From Antedon mediterranea (lineage: Eukaryota > Animalia > Echinodermata), in assembly GCF_964355755.1 (NCBI RefSeq), contig NC_092670.1:20632795-20696794 (forward strand): 64,000 nt of DNA, read 5' to 3'. Position 1 is the first letter of the stretch. Each line of letters starts with the position of its first letter. Positions 37,186-64,000 of this stretch are shown one piece after another. The notes under the pieces were generated by a model that worked only from the letters and a program-made list of their open reading frames with translations, made no database searches and was not told the origin of the DNA. Made by a program: the position numbers and the translations under genes.

Positions 37186-38741
37186 TGACCCACAATTTCT
37201 AATTTTAATCCTCTTTTTTTGTACTACAAAAGTAATTGTCTGTTTATAAATAAATATAACATTTTTAATGAATATAAGTACTACTGTAATATTAAAAGAG
37301 AAACCTTGGATTTCTGATAGCTGATAGGTAGCTTTAAACCTTGTAAAGATTCCATCCATAGAATACATTTATATAATGTTTTGATTAGAATATTTTGATA
37401 TGTGCATAGTCCAGTTTGTTGATTGGCAAAAGGACATGTTTTTATAGAACTGTTTTTGTGTTGTTAGATATTATTGATAGAAGAGTTCTTTTCACATTCT
37501 AAGTGTCAGTAATATACATAGATGAACTACGACCCACCAAATTATTCTGTGTGTAAACACACCTTTAGGGTACCCGAAATATTCCCATGTTTGGACAGCC
37601 AAACACCACATTTAGATCCTGATTTCACCCCATTGCACCAAAGAATAATACTACACAGATATGGCTTTAACTATAAATGTGCTCGTTTTTATACCGTTTA
37701 TTCAATGTGTCTTAGTATATGATTTTTCTGTGATTTTGCCAACTTCTTTTAGAAGGGAAATGAAATGTATATATTGGGTTATAATTGGTTTTATTACATT
37801 TATTTTGTATTATAAATGTACTGATTTTTTAATATATAGGTGTGTCTGTGTTACTATATTCTTTCTGTTTTATTTTTCTGTGTGTTTTTGGTAGCACTAT
37901 ATATCCACAAAAATCTATACATTTGAATGAAATTTTGTATTTGAAACATTAGACCTTCCAAGTCTCTCGGTAGATCCCCATATTTCATGTGATTTCCCAG
38001 TGCAATTTCTCATGATTATTTTCGATATAAAAACCATCATGATATTGCAGAAATTGACCATAGACTTGAATCTACTACTACTAGGTCCATTTTGGTAAAT
38101 TAAATTACAGTATGAATTTGTTAAAGTATAGCGCCTTCTATTGTTTGGCCATGCTTTATAAGTCCCCCGATATTCAATTTGCCAAATTTTTTTCATAAAG
38201 TCATGAATAAAACAGTACTGAAAGTTATTGGAATTGAGCCCTCTGAAGCCCTTTATGTTCAGTACTTCCACAAATGAATGGGAATGGTTCACCCAGTAGC
38301 ATTGACTTTAATATCTAATTTTCTGTATTGACATTTCATTGATTATGTAGGCTGTTCTTGATTATATAGTGTCTTACTATGCCTCTAGGGCTACTACTAC
38401 CTCATTACTATATTATTTCTCTTAGTGTCTCCTGATAATTTGACTTCTCTAAAACTGCTGGCAGTAATGTGTTCATTGTTACTAGTTTTTGACGAGGAAC
38501 TTAATAGGCTAAATTAAGTCACAACATGATTTGTTTACACCACTTAAAACCTGGTATTACACAATTGAGTGTATCCTTGTATTCAGTTCTATTGCATAGT
38601 AAAAGTTCTACTTGATGCTGATACTTTTTGTAAAAATGTTGTGCCATGCAAGGCTGCTGCTAATGTATTGCCCTACTTGAGCTTCACAGCCAAAATCAGA
38701 GCAATGACTTTTTGAATGGCCATGCCTACTGCTTTTCCTTA

Positions 38742-38845
38742 AGCTCTGTCTACACTATCAAACTTTATTTGACAAAACAATGTGATGTATCCATATATGG
38801 ACATGATGATGTCATATCACTACCATATTAGGCACAAACTAGTTT
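38742..38845. mobile_element. Truncated MITE family A copy
   Basis: Left TIR and body present, right TIR missing. Confidence 0.7.
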
Positions 38846-39072
38846 TAATGATTTCTAATAATGTACACTAGTATTTTCTCTTTGATTCTGTATTGTTGTA
38901 CAGAGTCTACAAACATAGTTTTACCAGTGTGAAATTAACAGTTTGTGTGGTCATCGTGCTGCTAAAAACTAGTACTTTTCCCAATATGAAACACTAGTTA
39001 GTAGAAGTTTTAGTTTAAAAAAATATAAGATCACTATTATACTAGTAGTATACAGCACTATTATGTATTAAA

Positions 39073-39226
39073 AGCTCTGTCTACACTATCAAACTAGTTT
39101 GAAAAAAAAAAGTTCCTAAATATGGTTGTCATATTCTCAAATATGGCAGTGATATGACATCATCATGTCCATATGTAGGCATATCAAACTTTTTTTGTCA
39201 TAAAGTTTGATAGTGTAGACAAGGCT
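39073..39226. mobile_element. MITE family A copy in opposite orientation
   Basis: Both TIRs present; body is the reverse complement of the other copies. Confidence 0.8.
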
Positions 39227-39711
39227 TTAAGAAGTGTTTATATATACACACAGTTTTGAGGATACTAATAAGAATGAAAATATTTAATGAGTGCTTTCAG
39301 TAAAAATACTTTATATTGTATAAGTGAAAATTTACAACCTGGAATGTTTCTATAAAATTTGATGTGTTAAATTATCAAATATTGTAATAAAAAAATGGTA
39401 TTGATGCAATAGTGAAATTAATCTATATATTCATAGGAAATAAATGAACACAGAAAACCAAGTTTGTTGTCTTTTTTTATTGCATACACTAAGGCATTGT
39501 TTTTTTGTTGTGCCCAAATGGTTTACAAATCAAATGATTGTTTACACACACATATATTGATATTACTGTATATTTTTGTATCTTCCATAACTGTCACTGC
39601 AACAGTCAATCACTGCTATACTGTACGTATTGTACACCAACAGACATATTCATATCTTAATATGCCTGTGTCTTCTGTAACTATCCATGCGATCAATCAC
39701 TGCTATATTTA

Positions 39712-39854
39712 AGCTTGGTTCCCACTAGGAGGCAATGCAACGACATAAACGCCACGTAAGCGAGTTGATTAATGACACGGGTCAGTTTAAATAATCCATC
39801 ACTTGTCAATTGACTTGCATTGCCTTTGCGTTGCGTCCTAGTGGGAACCAAGCT
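39712..39854. mobile_element. Harbinger-like MITE, family B
   Basis: TIR AGCTTGGTTCCCACTAGGA / TCCTAGTGGGAACCAAGCT in a TTA/TAA context. Confidence 0.85.
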
Positions 39855-40072
39855 TAAGACAATATTGTACACCAACACACAGGGAACAACAACAGGTATA
39901 TTCTTCAGTAGTACTATTATATATTAAATATTTATCATTTACATACAGTATATACAATGTCAAAACATAGCTTTTGAAGAAACAAAGCTGTCTATTTGTT
40001 TTCTGTTAACATTACCAAATAGTCCTGATAATGAATAGAACAGTGCAGGCTCATTTAATTGTTTGTATAACT

Positions 40073-55225
<15,153 letters not shown>

Positions 55226-55340
55226 ATGAAAGATACACTCTTGTACGAAATGAATGAACAGGAAGGACAAGATTTTACGGAATACAAGACTGTCAATCCA
55301 ACCATCACACAGACCGGTGTAAACAGCGATGTAGCCCCCG
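55226..55340 (+). CDS. Candidate first coding exon of an unidentified gene
   Basis: ATG-initiated MKDTLLYEMNEQEGQDFTEYKTVNPTITQTGVNSDVAP with coding-like composition, ending at a strong CG|GTAAGT donor (phase 1); no compatible downstream exon recognised in the window. Confidence 0.5.
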
Positions 55341-58300
55341 GTAAGTACTTTTGTTTAGGTAACAGGATAGGCGACGATCGTCTGGTGTTGGTGGAGACAG
55401 GAAGTGATCTTTACCTAGCCTACCTATTAATGTTTTGTTATTGTCTTTGACTTTTGACTCATATCGGTTTTATATTGTTTTATAATGTGTTTGGTTAGTT
55501 AGGCTTATTAATTACAATTAATTGTTTTTTGTGTGTTCACAACTTTTCTAACATTTATTAACATTTAAATAAGACTTTTTTAGTTAGTTAATCATCATAT
55601 TTTATTATTTAAAAAAATATTTATATATTTTTGCTGCATATATATTTATGAAACTGTTAGTTTACAGTAACATAAATGATAAGTCCATTAATATATTTAT
55701 ATACAAAGCATTTTGTCATCTACACAGGCTAATTAATGTATTTAGCGAGTTTTGTATTTGTTTGTGAATTTATTTTAAAAAAATTATGAGATAGAACATT
55801 TTTTATTATTTTTCACTCGCAGTCTTTTTTATTGTAATGAAAGTCATTGTAGAAGCAAGACGAGAAGGGATAGGGACATGTTACTTTCTTATTTCCTAAT
55901 CAAAATAAAAAAATGTGTAACCAAAGTCTACTGTATATGTATCACAGTTACACTGCACATCTGTGAATATTTAATTTATTTTCCAAATAAAACAATAGAA
56001 ACAACACACACATCTTGTTTCTCTACTGTTGACAAATTTAATGATTTTTAAACAACTGTTTCAGCCCTGAAGGGAAACAATAAATGAATACACTGGCTAC
56101 AGTATCTAGAATACAAGGCAAATATTGACTGTGAAATGTATGTAGTAGCAGTAGCCTATGTTGTTGAATAGGCTATATTGACAGCGATGCGGTAGCAAGC
56201 ATGGCTTTGCTCTCATTGATGTCATTTCCTTCCACTGATGAATAGGAGTGGCAACGAGATCGTATACAGGATTTATGTGGAATCCCAATGGCAATATGCA
56301 ATATTTTCTCTCAATCACATTAATGGTTTCCCCATGATGGATTGACTGTTAATGGATAAGAAAAACATATTATTACAGTACAGTAGGCCTTCATAAACTA
56401 TCCTAGTCGCGTCTATAAGTCACTGACAGTAGTACTGTAATTAATAAGTTCAATTTGAGTTCACCGATGAAATAATTATTCAAATTAAGACTTAAGTCTC
56501 TAGACTCCTAGAGATTCGAAAGTCAATTTTATAGATTCATTTAATTCTTCTCAAAAAAAAAACCAGTATATGACTATAATGTGTAATATTGCATTAATAG
56601 AGCTAGGAATCATTTACAGTATATTCGATGCAGTCAAGATCGCTGTGCCCTACTAACACTAACAGGAATTTGCATAATGATGTATATTTTGCATATCAAG
56701 GTTACATTCAGAATTATAGCACAATTTAATATATTTTCTGACAAGGTCTTCTTTTCAATGGCTTTAATTAGAATGCTGATTACAATTAATATGGTCCTAA
56801 CTCTGCTTTTATTACTAATCTCTTTTAAATCATTCTTGAATTACCTGTAATCCCTATAGACTCTGTTCTTGATCCCATGATCAATTTAATACTAATATTC
56901 TTGCAAGTAAAAAAGACTTTTTATCTGATCAGACTACTGTATCATCGCATAACTCTCACCTAAATTTATAGGCCTGGACTTCATATTTTCTTTGATCAAC
57001 CTCATGCATGACTCAAGGTAGATTCTTACTGTATACTGTAAGTCTACTCTGTACTACTAATATTCTATATACAGTACTATCTATTCTACAGTAAGGTGGT
57101 ACAGTACCTTTCTATATAGTATTTATATCTATAAACAATTTTGTTGACACATAATTTCCCGCAATATAACCCGACAAGTTCCTGCTAGGATAAAATCTAC
57201 TTCCTTGTTTTGATAAAGTAGTTCATATTTATTTTTTATGCAATTGAACTAAAAAAAAAAGTACAGTACTCCTCATATTATAATAATAATAATAATAATA
57301 ATAAATTAGATAGATTAGTAGCATCTGTACTGTACGGAATTCAAGCCAAATATGGCTGCAAGGTCCTAGTACAGGGCAGGTTCTTGGACCAATTAATACT
57401 GTACTGTAGTGGTGCCTAGAAAAACTAAGCGCTGTGAGTGTGAGGTTTTTTTGGCTAAACTTATTAGAAAGGTCTGTATGTGTATCATGATTAAAAACCG
57501 GCAAATAAAATAAGGATTTTTTACTACCTATGTCCTGGAGAACTGCTAGCAGTACTGTATGCCTGATTATTAAAAATTAGACAATTCCTGTACCAGACAT
57601 ACTGTATTACACAGTAGTAGTCCACAAGGGTATAAACAGACAAGCAATGTTTAAAAAGGGTTATCCAGGGTTGTTCTGCAGAGAAGTACAGTTGAGTTAG
57701 CAATATTAAGTACAGTAGCCTACAGAGTTCACATTTGGTCAATAAGAAAGTATTCATTTACAATAATACATGATTGTTACAAAGTATTGTAAGTAAAGCC
57801 ACATTGCCATTCATGTGTGAAGCAGGTGTGTGTTAACACAGCCTACACTGTTTTACCATCATTCTCAACGGTACTGTATGTTCACCTTTCTAATATTTAC
57901 TATAGCACTGGTGTTAAAAACAGGGTCAGCCCAAAATGTATTTTCTCCATGGTTTTAAACATAACTGTAGGTACTGAAAAAAGCATTTAATTATTTATAC
58001 AAAATTCTATTGTGGAGGAATTTACTATTTCTAAGTAACTGCACAAATCATAGCCACTAACAGGTGTAACATATGGTGTATAAAATATGTATTCAACAGA
58101 TTTATCCTTTTAATTCAAATGTGTGAAGATGAAATTGAGCTACTGTATGTAATGTTTTTCTGGAGAGTGCTGTAATTTATTTTGTATTAATTCAGTTTCA
58201 AATTTGACAAGAATATTAATTTAATTTCATGAGATGTATTTTAGTATGTAGTACAGTGAGTACTGTTCATTATCCAATTACTAAAAAACTATAAAGTTAA

Positions 58301-61300
58301 GAATTGTTTTTTACGAACAACAGTCACTCTATTTTAGAAAATCCAGTTTATTAACTTTATTGTGTTTTGAAACATCGCCGGAAAAGCCACAAAGTAATGA
58401 TTTTGCTTTAATTTTAATATAAAAAAAAATAAGATAGTTACATTAAACAATCAATTGCGATTAATAAATCACCATGGCAATGGCTTACGTGCCAAGTACG
58501 CACAGGGGACAGTTTACTGTACATGAGATTAAGAAGATGTATGTGTGTATGACGTCTGTCCATGTGGAAATAATATATATTTATTTGATTGTTGGATCAC
58601 TAATGTAAACACAGACATTGCAGACAATTTTTTTTAAACGTTTGACAAGTACAAGTAAGCAACAACAGCACAATTTAATCTATAGTGAACTATGCTGAAA
58701 ATTAGATTTTGACAGGTTGAGATAATTGAATTGGTTGGATGGTGATTGAACCTGCCGGCCTGGGTATCTAGTGTCATTCTATTAAGACTGTGTCGTTCTA
58801 GGATTTACTGTGTACTAAACTCGGCTGATTTGATTCGTAAAGATCTTTCCTTTAATTCTTCAACAATTAAAAGTAATCTGCAAGTTTCTAAGGTAAATTA
58901 TATAATATTATAAAGAGCTACTTTAGGCTGAATTGTTATAAATTAACAATCAGTGACTTGTGTGGGATAACTAATTGTAGTTACTGTACCTTCTAATGTA
59001 AATAGCATTAACAGATAGCTACTCTAGGCATGTGATGTGTAAATTCTACCATTCCACAGGAATGTTTGTAATGTGATAAACATTACCACATTAAGACATA
59101 ATTTATGTCATTATGTAATGAGTTTAATGAACTGTTGTGCTTACACATTTATCTAATTTAATGACTAATTTTACTCAGTAAAAAAGAGACCCCCTGGGAT
59201 ACTACAGTAGTGTTGGCCTACAGTATACAGTATTACTGTTACAGGTATGGTGTATGCATTTTTGCTGAAAAAAAAGGTCTATTTCAGGCCTAGCTTACCT
59301 GGATAAATCGACAATAGCCCGTTCTAGGCTTAGATACAAAAAGTTAAAAGTTCCTAGAACACCCCTGTTCCCTACAGTAAATGAACCATTTCTGTAACAT
59401 GACCAATGTATGTTCAAATGTATTTAAAATTAGAAAGCTTCTGTGCCAGTTCAGTTCGTTCCATCTAGGGTAGCAATTATTTTAGCCCCAATTAAATTTC
59501 TAGTCAATAACGTTCACATAGCCCAGGGTACAGTATTAACTGTAAATAATATCACACATTGTAATTGAATATTAACATACATTATGAAACTAAATGTTGT
59601 TGTATTAAATTATTAAGCATATAACATTTTATAATATATATAATAAAATGTTATTATTAGCAATAATATCTGTACAACTAGCAGTGCCCTAGTTTTGATA
59701 TGACCTTATTCATTTTAGTATTAATGGAAAGTATGAAGCTTAATACATTACATAGATTGTGTATTATCCCATGGGAATCTACATCTACAGTTACATTTGC
59801 CACATGTAAACTACATTATTACAAATATCACTTTTTTTTGCAATCGTTCTCACTAGCATTGTAATATACTGTTATTCCCTGTAGACTATATAGACATTGT
59901 TTATTGTAATTACAGTAAATTATTATTTGAAATGAGAATGTGTTTTCTATCTTACACTACAGTAGTACACTAAATATTCCAGACAATTTGAATTGCTCTG
60001 AAATGTTCTTGTCTTAGAAAAAACTACTTGAAATTGAATTTCAACAGATTTTAAGTTTATTTTGATTGTCGAAATGTTAAAATTGTCTGCTTCAAGTGCA
60101 AATTGACCCATTAAATTGATTAAAAATATTTTATTATTTAATGAGCTAAGTAGTACAATAGTAACAGAAATCATGGTATAAATTATTGTTCTTAATCTTA
60201 TACTACTGTGGGTAAACTAATTTTTCTTGGAGCAGCTTACCATTACCATCAATAAATTAAGACTACAGACAGTAAGGAGAAAAATAAAAAAGATATAGAG
60301 ACATAAATAAATAAGAAACGGTCTGATTCAGTTTTGCAGCTAAATAAAATTATGAACTACTTTTCGATTCATACTTTTGACAGACTATTAGTATTATAGT
60401 AATGTGTTGTCTATTTCATGCCTACTGTAGCTTACCTGGATAAACCAACATTAGCACCACATCCCCATCCCCATCCCCATGAAAAACAAATTCTGGATCC
60501 ACTAAGTCTGTGAAACCCCTTACCATAACTTGTGTACAGTTTAGTTTGAAACCTACCTACCTACTGATTTTCTTTGATTACATTCAAATAATATGGATTT
60601 ACATTTAAGAGCCTACTTCATCGAGAAATTCCTTCTCAGCTAAAAATTAAAATGCAATGTAATCTAGGAATATGAATGTTAAGTTCTTGATGATTTAGAA
60701 ATTTGAAAAATGTTATAATTGATTTAGGGTTTTCATAAAAATCAGAACTTGAAATTCCCTCAAAGGTTTGCGATGTTATCGTTTAAACAAGTGATTATTG
60801 TAATGACGGTTTACAGTAGTTCCGTGCTTAGCTGATTTTCATTTGTGAGGATCTTGTCAGAGTGCCTGTTCACACTGAACCAATTTAGTAATAATCAATT
60901 AAATCAGTTTACTTAGTCCATTAGAAACAGGACAAGATTTTCAAAATTGATAAAAGCTAACCACTGAGTCAATCGGTTGGTAAATGCAGAAATAATGCCA
61001 TTGTTAGCTGCAATCATAAAATTGTGACAATATTATTATCATCATTACAGAACTGCATTGATCATACATACTGTAGTTAGCCATACAAGATTTTCCCACA
61101 GATAAACTATAAACGTTATCTAACTTATAGATAAACAAGCAAACATTTTCAATAGTATACAATACAGTACAAGGCCTATGATATACAGTATGTACTGTAC
61201 TGTAGATAGCAGAGATATTATTATGCTGAGACTGAGATTTAGCATAGGATAGTTTGTCGCCCTCTATTTTAACACACTGTTTTTCCTCTCTTGGTGAAAA

Positions 61301-64000
61301 TAGAAGATAGTTCTATGATTTAACCTAAATTTTAATATCAATTCTTTAAAAGTAAATAATGTTCCAAAATAACCTCATAATGCCTTGCATCTGTATTGTT
61401 TTTTTTTTAACCTGAAATAATTCGGCATCTTACTACTGAGTGGTAATAAATTTAACTGTTAAGCGGTTGGTTTTTGAAATAATAATAATATTTTTTGGGA
61501 TGACATTCTTTTATCAGAAGTAAAAGGTGGTTTAGTTTTTTTGTGTGATGATATACAGTAGGAAGTGGTCTGTGTTTAGTCAGTCGTCTGTGTTTAGTCA
61601 GTCATTACCCCTCAATATCTATTTTTAGATAATTTCTAAATAATGTAAATTTATGTTTAACATCAACCTGCTTATCATTTCAAGTAAAGTGTAGGTTACC
61701 CTCATATTTTGAAAATATTGTATTTTAGACAAATTAATATGAATAAGTTTCCTTATATTTTCTCCAATGTTTTGTAAATGTAAGTAACATTTGCTTTTTA
61801 TAGTGTAACATAATACATACAGACTGAATTATATTTTCAACAGACAATATTTCTCTCAATTTTTTGCTCGCACTAACCATTATTATGTGTTGCAGCTAAA
61901 GTTGCAAAGTGATAACTGCAGTAGTTAAATGGCATTCAACACTCAATATTAGATTTAACTGGTTATTTGAATTTTACTTGCAGTCAAAACAGGTCTATTG
62001 TCTCTTTTTATATTCGGGTTTCATCAACTTTAACAATATTGAACCAATCCACTGTGATACAATGTATCATATTATTGTTGATGTAAAAATTATAGGACAC
62101 AAAAACACACATTTTGCAACAAAATGAAGGACATGTATAAATAAGGATGTTTTTCCAACCTCACTAAACAACTGACTGAATGCCAAAACATATTGTATCC
62201 TTCAGAATCTATAGCCTTCTGGACATGGTCAGTAAAAAACATGAAAATATGTCCTGCCCACTCAAAGTTGATCAAAAGAAAGAAATGTTTACCATAAATT
62301 TTGTTTAAAATACATACTGTACTACTTTAGAAGAAATTTTATTTATTTATTTGTTTATAAATTATAGATTCTTTTTTTCTACAAACCAGCATACAGTACC
62401 TTATAACAATATAATATCCAATTACTTTAAATATATTAAATGAATGACCTCTTTTTATTGTACATTACTTTTGTTCTTTAACTGACCCAACCCTGAAGGT
62501 ATTTCTCCACTTTCAGACCACATTAGTCTCAAATTTTGCTCAAAGAACATGAACTGCTAATTACTCTATCTAGTTACACCCTTGATTCTCTGTTTATTTA
62601 TAAAATTCCTTATTAGGCATAGAGCTGTCTGTCTTCTATAGGACCACACAAAATGGGAAGACAATGGTAGCCTTCAAAAGTTAGATTTGAAGGCTGTTGT
62701 CCTTTCATCTTTTTTGGAGTCCCATGGTTAATAACAATATGCAGAATAGATACTGATACAATACTATGTTCAATAATGATATTTATACAAATTTGATTAA
62801 ACAATCATAATAAAAAGTAATATTTTACTTTTTAGAATTGATTTAATTTACCAACGTTAAACAGCTTTTTTGGGTGGAGGTTTTCAGCAGCTTGATGGAA
62901 GGCGGAGTTTAGAATTTCGGCTTAGATAAGCTTATTTTTATTGCCAACTTAGGAAGGGAAAGTTTGGTAGCCTCTGATATAGTTAAATAGTATTATTAAT
63001 TTTCGAACATAATTATTGTTTGTCAGTTACAATAAAGTCCCTCATTATTATTTATGAGGCATATTAATTTGCGAATGCGCTGGTAAACGTTCATACCAGT
63101 AAAAGTTACCCAACAGTTCGTGCTCCTCATTTACAATTTATTACTCGTCAGACACTGTGTATTGGCATTCACTGTCGATTCAGTACTTTTTCTAAATAAT
63201 CCTGATTTCACAGTTTTTGGACTTTAAAAGAAACAATTTTAAAAGTTTTAGATTTTTATCTGTCCGATAAATGGTAAGTTTGTTTGTTTTTTTATTTTTA
63301 GACCTATCATGAAGTAACTTCAATTTCTTTCCATGATTTTAATTATACAATTTCTACCATTTGTCAGTGAGGTTATATTTACACAGATAGAATTATGGTG
63401 TACAGTATTAGCGTACATCACTCATACTGTAGCAAGGTCAAATAATAAACCGCATAGAAAAAAAACGAGGGTGTTCAGACACAGAGAAATGCTTATAGTT
63501 ATACAGAATTAAGGATGCTTCTTCCAGTGTGAACATGCACTTAAAACAATCCTAATTCTGGTATGTTTGTTATCATGTGTTGTTACTGCCATTTATCACC
63601 TACTGTAGATGTGAAATGTTAGGAATTTAACATTATCTGTATAGTTATGTAATCATTCATTCAGTTAATTACAATATGATGGATCCACAGTTCTACTTCA
63701 GACAAGTACTATATGGGCCTGTTCGTAGGGGTTGAAAATACCAGCTTATTCCCGATTTCCGTTCGCGTGATCCAATTAACTTTTGCCTCAGGCTACAAAA
63801 AATTTGAGGTAAAATGTTCACCAAATTTGCAGGTTATTTCAGCGATAATCCAATTATACTCGACCTTCGAGGATAATAAATCTCCGATAGAGGCAATGTG
63901 TCAAATTTTGACAAACGTTCGCTGCCTAGGCCCGTCATTTCTCCTACGAAGCTCTTCCATACACGATTCGAGAGCGATCGTCAGCTGGTGCTGTCCTTGT

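Noticed and set aside
58716-58892. Exon-like segment (ACAG...AAG|GTAAAT) as a coding exon
   Set aside because: Stops in all three frames after the acceptor; at most a non-coding exon.
63715-64000. GC-richer segment resembling a DNA transposon end
   Set aside because: Truncated by the window edge, so no TIR partner or TSD can be verified.

Overview
AT-rich, intron-rich animal genomic DNA; an invertebrate deuterostome such as an echinoderm is an inference, not proven. Spliced gene models read by hand from GT/AG junctions: (1) 3' part of a Rac-family GTPase (+, 4356-8635); (2) a complete second Rac1-like gene convergent with it (-, 22757-15680, 193 aa); (3) a lemur-tail kinase (LMTK/AATYK family, +, 26385-36485, about 886 aa) with degenerate catalytic motifs (HxD->LKD, DFG/DYG->HYG, APE->PPD), a probable pseudokinase; (4) WDR13 (-, 54774-40073, 477 aa) with a probable U12-type intron; (5) the first coding exon of an unidentified gene divergent from WDR13. 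A full-length Gmr1-like Ty3/Gypsy retrotransposon (integrase upstream of RT, SCAN-like capsid, apparently identical 457-bp LTRs carrying heat-shock elements) sits in a WDR13 intron. Non-coding DNA holds many MITEs, SINEs and minisatellites, a minimal hammerhead ribozyme, and a (TA)n-flanked segment carrying a tRNA-Asp(ATC)-like cloverleaf. No CRISPR or prokaryotic systems. All alignments and family calls were made by eye, without database searches.
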